Shown piece by piece: positions 10,375 to 19,221 of a stretch of 64,000 nucleotides of DNA. The stretch covers positions 558,001-622,000 of the forward strand of contig CP060759.1 of assembly GCA_023205875.1 (NCBI GenBank), read 5' to 3'. The stretch is from Chloropicon primus. Taxonomy: Eukaryota. The notes beneath the pieces are model-generated. The model did not search any database. It saw nothing but the letters and a program-made list of their open reading frames with translations, and was not told the DNA's origin. The position numbers were made by a program, and so were the translations under genes. Positions within the stretch are counted from its first letter, which is position 1, and each line of letters opens with the position of its first letter.

Positions 10375-10780
10375 CCGCTCGCTTTTTCCCTCGCTCGTGT
10401 CGTCGTCAGATGCCGTGGAGGCGTGCGAGGACACGGAGGAGATGAAGGAGTGCGCCATCGCGTGGGAAGCGGTGGAGGAGCTGAGGGACGCTGCGGACAG
10501 GAAGCGGCTGGGCGACGAGGTCACGACGAACAACGGGGACGGTTTCATGGTGCTCGAGGGGGGGAACGGAGCTGCGGAGGGGCAGAAGGACTACCCCGCG
10601 GGCCTCCAAGGAAGGGACTTCCTTGCGGACGTGGCCCCGTGCGAGGCCGAGGAGTGCGACGCGCCCAGTGGCAGCCTCTTCGCTGCCGGGGGGCTGGAGC
10701 GCTCGATCCAGAGGCTGGAAATGGAGAAGGGCGAAGAAGCGAAGCGGAAGGAGAAGGAGGAGGGAGAAGGAAACCTGTGA
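10011..10780 (+). CDS. CP12: CP12-domain protein, atypical
   Basis: Exons 10011-10287 and 10410-10780; GTGAGT...TCAG intron, phase 1. Spliced sequence KIEEAVRDAVEACEDTEEMKECAIAWEAVEEL gives a C-x8-C pair plus an AWxxVEEL core; transit-peptide-like N-terminus. Confidence 0.8.
10343..10376 (+). repeat. (AAC)n microsatellite inside the CP12 intron
   Basis: About 11 AAC units. Confidence 0.9.
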
Positions 10781-10829
10781 TTCACCCCCGATGTAACAAA
10801 ATTCTTTTTACCGAAAAAGCCCCCAGGGT

Positions 10830-12467
10830 TTACTCTACAATGGAGACGATGACGGTGATGTCATCTTTCTTTCCGCCAGAATAGACCATGTCAAAGGCCT
10901 CTGTCGCGGCTTTGGAGTACGGCGTCTCCATCCACTTGTCCATGGAGTTGAGGAAGGCGCGGTTTCCGAGCTCGTTGGCGAGCCTGGTGGCCCTCGTCCC
11001 CATGCAGCTATCGGAGAAGAGCTTCTGCACATCAAACGCCATCGTTATCGCGTCCTCCTCCGCGAGGTTGTCGAACAGGCCGTCCGTTCCCACGATGACT
11101 ATGTCCCCCGACTCCAAACCCACGGCGCTGACCAGGGCGTCCTCTGGTCTGTCGGACTGCTCCTGGTGGCCCACCTGGAAAGGGTAGCCGAACGAGTGCT
11201 CCTGCTGGGGAGTCTTGAACTTCACCCCCGACTCGTTCAGGATGACCACGCCCGAGTCTCCCAAGTTTGCAATCTGAGCCGTCCCCCTGACCGTGTCCAC
11301 CAAGCAGCAGCACAGAGTGCTGCTCCCTCGGATCGATTCCTGCTTCACGCTGTCGACCGCCCTCTTGATGACTTCCGTGACTGATATCGCGTTCTTGAAG
11401 ACTTCCTCCTTGGCGACGGTCATGAGAGCCTTCGAGAACTGGCCGGCATCGATTCCGTATTCGCTCCACATGTAAACCCCATCGGCGACCCCGATACCGT
11501 AAGTCTTCCCGTTCTCGCTGAAGCACTTGAAGTAGGCGTCTTCCCCCGCGTGGCCGTCCTCCTTGCAGTTCTTCGCCTTCACCCCCTTCTTGACTTTGCT
11601 CGGGTGGGGGCTCACGAACACGCCGGACTGAACCGACAGCTGCTTCGGCAGAATCCTGCCAAAGCTCGTGAGCCTCTCCAGCATGGGCTGGACAAAGGGG
11701 ATGAGCTTTCTGCTCAGGGGGTACGCCCCGCTGTCGCTCCTTCCGAACCAGCACTTGCACGGGAACTCGAGCCGCTTTCCCGTGGGCGAGTACACGATCA
11801 CCTTCTCCACGTACCAGCCCTCTCCGCCGCCGGGCTGCTTTGAGTCTTCCGGGTCCTTGCCCTCCTCGAGGGGCTCCAGGCTGAGCTCGATTCCGGAAAC
11901 CCGGCCCAAAAGGCTCGGCGTCAAGAGGTAGAACGTTTTGTTCGACCCGGTCTTGAACTCCTCGATGTCGTTCCCCTCTTCCGGACTCCTCAGCAGGCAC
12001 TTGCCCGAGTGGTGCAAGTTCCCCACCAAATTGATGTGAACGTTCGAAGTCGTTCCGGCGCCCCGCAGCTCCCCCGTCTGCACCTCCACCTTGTACTCGA
12101 ACCTCTCCTGGAAGGGGTGGTTCTCCGTCGTCACGAAGGTCGCCATGCTGTCTTTGCTCATGTCCGCGTAAGGCCCGGGCCCGGGCCTGGGCGCAGGCGA
12201 GGCGTCCTCGGCGGGAACTTCCTCCACCCTCGCCGAGCGCGCGCCCGGGTGTGTGCTCTTCGCCGTGTAAAACGCATTGAAGTGGAACGACCTCCAACCA
12301 AAATCATTCTCAGCAACAGCAACAACCTTGGCGTCCGCGTCGGCGTCGGCCCTGGCGTTGGGCAAGCCTCCCCCCCCGGTGATGCACCTCACGCCGAGAC
12401 CCTGGCCCCAGTCCCTCGCAAGCCTCCTCGAGGATAACGTGACTCGCGTGAGCCATGAGCACGTCAT
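10830..12467 (-). CDS. PTC7-like PP2C phosphatase with an upstream PLAT/LH2 domain
   Basis: PLAT motifs YKVEVQTGELRGAGTTSNVHINLVG, GWYVEKV, FPCKCW; PP2C motifs GEDA, GVADGV, NLGDSG, TDGLFDN, GGKKDDITV. First in-frame ATG at 12467; start uncertain. Confidence 0.85.
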   Translation of the reverse strand: MTCSWLTRVTLSSRRLARDWGQGLGVRCITGGGGLPNARADADADAKVVAVAENDFGWRSFHFNAFYTAKSTHPGARSARVEEVPAEDASPAPRPGPGPYADMSKDSMATFVTTENHPFQERFEYKVEVQTGELRGAGTTSNVHINLVGNLHHSGKCLLRSPEEGNDIEEFKTGSNKTFYLLTPSLLGRVSGIELSLEPLEEGKDPEDSKQPGGGEGWYVEKVIVYSPTGKRLEFPCKCWFGRSDSGAYPLSRKLIPFVQPMLERLTSFGRILPKQLSVQSGVFVSPHPSKVKKGVKAKNCKEDGHAGEDAYFKCFSENGKTYGIGVADGVYMWSEYGIDAGQFSKALMTVAKEEVFKNAISVTEVIKRAVDSVKQESIRGSSTLCCCLVDTVRGTAQIANLGDSGVVILNESGVKFKTPQQEHSFGYPFQVGHQEQSDRPEDALVSAVGLESGDIVIVGTDGLFDNLAEEDAITMAFDVQKLFSDSCMGTRATRLANELGNRAFLNSMDKWMETPYSKAATEAFDMVYSGGKKDDITVIVSIVE

Positions 12468-12767
12468 CTTGAGCTGGCCGGTGACGAGGCAAAAAGCAAG
12501 ATTCGCGACGACGACGAGAGGGAGCACACGTTTGGTTTGGTTTGGTTTGGTTTTTCTCTCGAGCGAGGAGAAGGAGGGGATGTAAAGGTGTCCCGTCCCT
12601 TGCGCCCGTCCTCTCTTCCGCGACGTGCGTCCCTTCTTCGCTCGCGTCACCCGAGCACGTGATGCTCGGCTCGCCCGCTGACTCGCCTTGACTGGACGCC
12701 CGTTCAGCGAGCTCGTTCCCCTGAAGGCCGATTGGAGGAGAGGAGAGAAGAGGAGAGGAGAAGGTCT

Positions 12768-12794
12768 GATGTGATGTGATGTGATGTGATGTGA
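12768..12794 (+). repeat. (GATGT)n pentamer repeat
   Basis: About 5 units. Confidence 0.8.
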
Positions 12795-13145
12795 CGTCTC
12801 AAGGGGCAGGGGAGGGGGGAACTGATCAACCCTCTCTCTCGGTTCTCTCTCTCTCTCTCTCGGTTCTCTCCCTTGTCTTCTTCCTTCAATGATCCCCCTG
12901 GTGGTGCACCTTGCCAAGGTGACCTTGGTGGTGGTGGTGGCAATCAACACCGGTGTGCGTAGCTGGCCTCAGAGGGAGGGCAGCTACTCCTGTGGAAGGA
13001 GAGGAAGCGTTGTCGTGATCAAGTGACCAAGTGATCGTGATCATGACACGGATGGACAGACAGGGGCTGAGGTGAGTGCAGGTGATCCCACCCGTACAAC
13101 CCGTGATCATGGTCTACGTCTATACGCGTCTATCCAATGTGAGAG

Positions 13146-13190
13146 TGAGAAGTGAGAAGTGAGAAGTGAGAAGTGAGAAGTGAGAGTGAG
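13146..13190 (+). repeat. (GTGAGAA)n heptamer repeat
   Basis: About 5-6 units. Confidence 0.85.
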
Positions 13191-13604
13191 TCGTCTTACC
13201 ATCCGTGATCACCAATGAAGGCAGGTGCCGAGGAAGAAGCTTCCCTTCTTTGCACTTCCCCTCCTTTGTCCAGAAGGAGTGCAAAGTTGCTGACCGTAGA
13301 AAAGCGCACAGAGGAGAAGAAACGAGGCAGAGACTCCAAAGAGAGAGAAGGATCGATTGATTAGAATGATACAACACAGTGTAGCGCGAGGCCTTGCTGC
13401 CATTGCGGGACAGACCAGGTCAGTCCCCTCAACACGACAAGCGATGGAGCGACAAAGCGACGCGAGTGGAAAAACACTCCACGGGCGGCGACTTGTCTCT
13501 CTCTCTCCGGATCCCTCCACCTCTCTCTCTTCTTGATGTTCTCTCTGTCTCTTCTGGCGAACGAAAGGGGAAAAGGATACGACGACGACGCGACGTGGTG
13601 AAGG

Positions 13605-15014
13605 ATGGAGGCGTTGTTCGTGCCGTGTCGGTGTTCGCGATGCTGGGTCGAACTCGTGTATGGGCGACGGGGTTCACTCTTGCGAGAATCGTCTCCTCCT
13701 TCCGCGTCAGATCCGTCCTCGTCCTCGTCATCATCATCATCATCATCTTCATCGTTGTCGTCGGTGGAAGGAGCCAGGGTTCGCTGACGCTACGATTCGA
13801 TTCGATTCGCAATTTCCTTTTCCGCTGCGCTTTTGGTGCGCATGCACGCAGGTACTGCCTCGGCACCGCACTCCAAGGAGGAAGCAGAATAGTAGCAGCC
13901 AGAGGGCCAAGGTGAGCAAAAGGCTTGGGAGACAACAACAACAACAACAACAACAACAGATCGTGCATGTGTCGTCGCCATCTCAGTCGCCATCTCAATC
14001 GCTGACGCGGTGCGTGTTTCTGCTGCTTCCCTTGCTCTTCTTTCCTCCCCTCACCACCGTGCTGGTGCCAGCGCCTTGCCGAGCCTCGCCATGTCCAGCC
14101 GCTTCGCGTCCTCCGGGGAAGGCCAGATATGGGAGTTCCTTCGCACGGAGAAGCGAGAGAACGGCGTCGCTGTGGTGAGGCTTCACAGGCCGGACGCCCT
14201 GAACGCCCTCAGCGGGCCGCTCATGGGGGAGCTGGTGAGCGCCCTGAGGAACATGGACAACGACCCCGAGGTCAAGGCCGTTGTTCTGACGGGCAGCGAG
14301 AGAGCCTTCGCAGCCGGAGCAGACATCAAGGAGATGAAGGACAAGAACTACGCCGAGGTGTACAAGACGGCGATGCTCGAGGCGTGGAGCGAGGTGTCCG
14401 ACATAAGGAAGCCGATCGTTGCAGGAGTGAACGGCTTCGCTCTCGGAGGTGGTTGCGAGCTTGCCATGATGTGTGACATCATCATCGCCGGTGAGAACGC
14501 CGTCTTCGGGCAGCCCGAGATTCAGCTTGGCACCATCCCCGGAGCCGGAGGGACCCAGAGGCTCACGAGGGTCGTGGGCAAGTCCCTTGCCATGGAAATG
14601 TGCCTGACGGGGTCGAGACTGGATGCTCACTTGGCCGAGAAAAGGTAGGAATGGCCGGGGAGACTTTGTTTCTTGCGAGCCTCGCCCCGACGACGCGCGT
14701 TCCCTGTTCGCGACACTGACTTTTGGTGCTCTTCGCTCTTCGACGAACCGAACTGAAGAGGCCTCGTGAGCAGGGTGGTGCCCACGGAGCAGACCGTGGA
14801 CGAGTGCATCAAGGTGGCCGAGAAGATTGCGCAGTTCTCCACGCCTGTGATCATCGCTGCAAAGGACTGCGTGAACCAGTCGCAGGAGCTCAGCCTGCAG
14901 CAAGGCCTCAAGTACGAGAAGGCTCTGTTCTGGAGCACCTTTGCGCTGAGCGACAGGCTCGAGGGCATGACTGCCTTCAAGGACAAGAGAAAGCCTAATT
15001 TCACGGACGAGTAA
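13605..15014 (+). CDS. Short-chain enoyl-CoA hydratase (crotonase, ECHS1-like), mitochondrial
   Basis: Exons 13852-13911, 14072-14644, 14759-15014 join in frame. First exon unresolved (candidate ATGs 13605 or 13640). Motifs AFAAGADIKEM, GGGCELAM, FGQPEI, PGAGGTQRL. Confidence 0.88.
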
Positions 15015-15222
15015 ACACCCATCATCAAGCACGAAAGCGTTTAAAGCAGCAGCAGCAGCAGCAGGAAACCAATTGATTAATATATTTTTTTTTATTCGTG
15101 TGTGGGGTGGCGAGGACCCATCCTACGGTCCACCCATTATCTCGGCCTGACGCCGTATTGCTATCAATCCAGTGCTTTGCTTTAAATACAATGGCCACCG
15201 CCCCGCCCGATCAAGCACGGGG

Positions 15223-15661
15223 TCAGTGCGCGAACGCCTCGATGGCCTTGCTTGCTGCCTCGGCGAGGTCCATCAGAGTGCTTATCGCCGGTCGCATGAG
15301 CCTCACTTCAGTGGCGTCCAGCTTGATGACGAGAAGAGTGTCATCCTCCTCGTCGATCTCGATCGACCTGTGGACTTTGGTAGGATTGAGCTGCAAGAGA
15401 AACACACAAGAGAGCGAGTCAGAACCCAAAACAAAAAAGAGAGACAACTTGTCGCTCCTTCCTCACCTCCTTGTCGACCATCAACGACGTGCGCAAAATG
15501 ACCGCATCGTTGTGACAAGTCGTTTTAATCCTCGCCTCGCTAGTGACCGAGCACACGAGTCAAGTCCCACGTCAGTCAGTCAGTCACTCTCTAGGGCATA
15601 GCACAACGTTTTCCTTCGCCGGTACTGGGAAGAGAAAGCGCTTGTGTGCGTGTCTGTGTGC

Positions 15662-15692
<31 letters not shown>

Positions 15693-15769
15693 GCACGGCA
15701 CTTGCTGTGAACTTACAAATGGTGTGGCTTGGACGCGTCCGCGCCAGTCTCGCTCCACTCGCGCTCCAT
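15223..15769 (-). CDS. PCC1: KEOPS subunit Pcc1/LAGE3-like, 97 aa
   Basis: Three exons 15769-15717, 15539-15467, 15390-15223 with consistent GT-AG phases (2, 0). Sequence ...SLMVDKELNP...KLDATEVRLMRPAISTLMDL...IEAF fits the Pcc1 pattern. Confidence 0.78.
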
Positions 15770-16007
15770 TATGAGTTCCTTCCTTCCTCTTCGGTGTCCG
15801 CCGACTCGGCTGCCTTTCTGAAGAAAAAACCAATCTCCCCTGGAGACCGCGGAGGAGAAGGGGTGAAGCCAGTTGATGATGCGGAACGGGAACGAAGGAA
15901 GCAAGGACCAAGAGAGAATTAGTTTACAAACTAAAGTTAAACAGAATGATTTTGACTCTTCGTACGTCACGCGCGTGAGTGAGTTGCGCCTCGTGGTGCG
16001 CGCCACT

Positions 16008-16850
16008 TCATTTCATCAAGAACTCCTCCAGTTGCGCGAGGCTTGAGGGTCTCTTCAGCAGAGCCTTGGTGAGGGTCTCCTCCCACTGCTTCATCACGAT
16101 GGGGAACTGCATGTAATCGGCGTTCTCCTCGAGCCAGATCTTGTCCAGGAGCTCGAATGTCATGCAGAAGACTTCCTCGAAGGCCTTCTCGTGCTCGGCG
16201 TCGCCCACGTCAAGGAGCTTGAGGAAGGCCCGCCCAGGCCCCGTGGCGGGGGCTCCGTCGCCCTTGAGGTCCAGAAGCTTCGCCAGGGTGAAGGTGATGT
16301 TGACCCCAGCCGCCCCGAAGGGATACTCCCAGTCCGAGCGCTTCCCCTGGAGCTTGAAGCACAGCCTCTGGAAAGCGAGGGGCTTGGACTCGCCAAAGTA
16401 GATGAGGTTCTCCAGGGCCGCAAAACCTCCGCCCCTGAAGTCGCTCGAGGGGTGATCCCCCTGCCAGCCCATCTCTTGCCACTGCTTCGTCTTCCCTTCG
16501 ACGAAAGGCAGGTCTGGGAACGCCAGGCCCCACAACCTCTTCAGCTCCCCTCCGTGAGTGTCCTGGTCGTACTTGACGCCCAGACGCCCCCTCAGGTCGC
16601 CCAAGCGCCTCCTCTGGAGCTCCGTCACCTTGCTGCTCCCAAAGTGCCACGACACGGGAAGGATGTACTCCGCCACCTTGCCCACTATATAAGACAGGTA
16701 GCTCAACGTCTGCTGAAACACCGTCAACCTGCAACGCTTGGCCCTCGGCTCGTCATCCGAGTCGTACTCGTCCGGACCCAACAAGCGTTCGGACATGACA
16801 TTGTCGTCCTCCGTCATCGGACTTATCTTCCTCTTCCTCAGTATTCCCAT
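16008..16850 (-). CDS. ELMO/CED-12 domain protein (ELMOD-type ARF/ARL GAP)
   Basis: WQEMGWQGDHPSSDFRGGG, EYPFGAAGVNIT, FEEVFC motifs. Confidence 0.9.
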   Translation of the reverse strand: MGILRKRKISPMTEDDNVMSERLLGPDEYDSDDEPRAKRCRLTVFQQTLSYLSYIVGKVAEYILPVSWHFGSSKVTELQRRRLGDLRGRLGVKYDQDTHGGELKRLWGLAFPDLPFVEGKTKQWQEMGWQGDHPSSDFRGGGFAALENLIYFGESKPLAFQRLCFKLQGKRSDWEYPFGAAGVNITFTLAKLLDLKGDGAPATGPGRAFLKLLDVGDAEHEKAFEEVFCMTFELLDKIWLEENADYMQFPIVMKQWEETLTKALLKRPSSLAQLEEFLMK

Positions 16851-17340
16851 CCTCCCTCCACACGAAACGAGAAACACGAAATGACCAAGAGCAAGAGCAA
16901 GAGCAAACAAACAAACTTGAGCTCTCTCTCTCTCTCTTCTTCCTCCGCTACCGCTGCTCCCTCAGGACCTCCTCCCTTGGAAAGAAACAAGGAAGAAAGA
17001 GGACGTGACGCTCCTCGTGAAATTCCACACCTCCCCTCGCCGTCCCTCCCTTGCGATCGAACCAAACCAAACCAAACCGATCGCGATCGACCGATCGCTT
17101 CCTCTTCCTCTCTCTCTCTCTGTCGGAGACGAGCGCGCGCTTGAAAACAAAAAGCGATTCGATCCGATCGATCGGAGCGTGAAGGAGAGGAAGGTCTTTG
17201 CGAGGGTGGTGACAACGGGGACGGGCGATAGGCCTTTCGAGGAAGCGATCACGCGAAAGATCTTGGCGAGACCTTTCGATCGATACCTTGCTTTTTTTTT
17301 TTTTTCGTTTTGTCAAAGGATTGGATTGGTTGATTGAAGA

Positions 17341-19140
17341 ATGGGACGCGTAGGAGTGGTGTGGCTTGGTTTGGTGGCATGGGGGTTGCTGGCGTGGGGT
17401 TTGGAGGCGGCTCCTGAGGAGGACCTCGTGAGGGATTTGCCAGGCCTCGATGGATCGATGGACGTGAGGATGTACTCGGGTTATCTCCGCCCGACGGAGC
17501 ACGACCACGTGCATTACTTATTTGTCGAGAGCGAGTACACGAAGACGGACCCGCTTGTCCTTTGGCTGAATGGCGGGCCAGGAGCCTCGTCGCTCATGGG
17601 TGCTTTCACGGAGCTTGGGCCCTTCATCGTCAACGGCGAGATGTCGCTGATGCCCAACCCGTTCTCGTGGAACAAGGTGGCAAACGTGCTCTATCTCGAG
17701 TCCCCAACAGGCGTCGGTTTCTCTTACTGCGATGCGATGGTGAACGGACAGCCTTGCCAGCACAACGACACGTCCACTGCGGAGTTGAACTTCCACTCGA
17801 TCATGTACTTCATCGAGCAGAAGTTCCCTGAGTTCAAGGGCAGGGACTTTATGATATGGGGCGAGTCTTACGCCGGGGTCTACGTTCCGACGCTGTCCAA
17901 GCTCGTGTACGAGGCAGGTGATGCGCTGGACTTGAACTTCCTGGGTTTCGGAGTGGGCGATCCGTGCACCGATGACAAGACGCAGACCTTCACCCGCCAC
18001 TTGAACTTCAACTTCGAGTTTGCCATGGGCAAGGGCTTCGTGGACGCGGAGAACCATAAGTACATCAGGGACAACTGCATCGCTAGCGACGTGAACGGCA
18101 TCATCACGCCAAACGAGACTACTTCGGCCTGCAGAGCGGCTTGGAGAATGTACTACCTCGGAACCTCCGGAGGAGATGGCAACGGCCCGTACGCGAAGTT
18201 GCCACACGGAGGCTTCATTGACCCGTATAACTCTTGGGGTCCAAACAATAATGACTTTTGGGAGATGCTGGCGAAGTACTTGGCCGACGACGAGGTGATG
18301 AAAGCCCTCAACGTGGAGTCTTATCCTTTGCGCCCCTGGTCGCTCTTCGCGGATCACTTGACCTACACCAGGCAATACTGGGCCTGCTACTTTGATGGCG
18401 AGACCCCAGGCGAACCTTACTACAACTCCAGCATGATCGAAATATACCAGGAGCTTGCCGGCAACGTCCGCAATATTGTGGTCTACAATGGGGACACTGA
18501 CCCGAGCGTGCAGATGAGGGGGACCGAAGCCGCGGTGGATGCCATGGGTTTCGACATCGCCAGAGGTGGGGAATGGCGACCTTGGTTCTTTCAGCCGGAG
18601 GAAACCTCCTCGAGGCTTTTGGAGGAGAAACTCCCATACTTTGGCACGTTTCTGAACTACAAGAAAATCAATTCCCAGCTGGGCGGGTATGTGAAGAACT
18701 TTGATGGAAACGTCTCCTTCGTGACAGTCCACGACAGCGGGCACATGGTGCCACAATACAAGCCAGTGGCTGCTTTCCACTTGTTCGTCAGAGGACTTCT
18801 CAACAAGCCGCTCAGCCCTCCTATCAATATGACGGAGGTCGCCGACCTCAGCGATGCCGCCTTTTATGGCAGCGCGAACAGTGACGCTATGGGAATGATG
18901 GGCGACTGGGTCGAGGAGGCCATGAGCAAAGAGTACACCAGCAGTGGCGAGTATGAGGCCAGAAAGGGGGAGAGAAAGGTTTCGGAGGGAGCCAAGGAGA
19001 AGCCCTCTTACGCGAGCAGGAAGGTGATGAGACCCAAGCCGCCAAGAAAGTTTGCCCCGAGACCTGAATTGGATTCTTTGAAGAAGCATGAAGTCAAAGA
19101 GCTGCTCAAGGACTTGCAGGGTTACTACGAGGCGATGTGA
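17341..19140 (+). CDS. Serine carboxypeptidase, S10 family, secreted
   Basis: Signal peptide; WLNGGPGASS, ESPTGVGFSY; intact triad GESYAG (Ser), GDTD (Asp), GHMVP (His). Confidence 0.93.
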   Translation: MGRVGVVWLGLVAWGLLAWGLEAAPEEDLVRDLPGLDGSMDVRMYSGYLRPTEHDHVHYLFVESEYTKTDPLVLWLNGGPGASSLMGAFTELGPFIVNGEMSLMPNPFSWNKVANVLYLESPTGVGFSYCDAMVNGQPCQHNDTSTAELNFHSIMYFIEQKFPEFKGRDFMIWGESYAGVYVPTLSKLVYEAGDALDLNFLGFGVGDPCTDDKTQTFTRHLNFNFEFAMGKGFVDAENHKYIRDNCIASDVNGIITPNETTSACRAAWRMYYLGTSGGDGNGPYAKLPHGGFIDPYNSWGPNNNDFWEMLAKYLADDEVMKALNVESYPLRPWSLFADHLTYTRQYWACYFDGETPGEPYYNSSMIEIYQELAGNVRNIVVYNGDTDPSVQMRGTEAAVDAMGFDIARGGEWRPWFFQPEETSSRLLEEKLPYFGTFLNYKKINSQLGGYVKNFDGNVSFVTVHDSGHMVPQYKPVAAFHLFVRGLLNKPLSPPINMTEVADLSDAAFYGSANSDAMGMMGDWVEEAMSKEYTSSGEYEARKGERKVSEGAKEKPSYASRKVMRPKPPRKFAPRPELDSLKKHEVKELLKDLQGYYEAM

Positions 19141-19221
19141 GTGTGAATGTGAGTGGAATCAAACAATATTTATCTGATTGAAAATCCGTTTATATTTATA
19201 TTTATAAAGGTGTTGACCGAT

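Noticed and set aside
12468..12950. N-terminal extension of the PP2C ORF to 12950
   Set aside because: Non-ATG start running through microsatellites; more likely UTR or intron.
13248..13286. Hairpin CTTTGCACT...AGTGCAAAG
   Set aside because: Single 9-11 bp stem with no convincing box motifs; could arise by chance.
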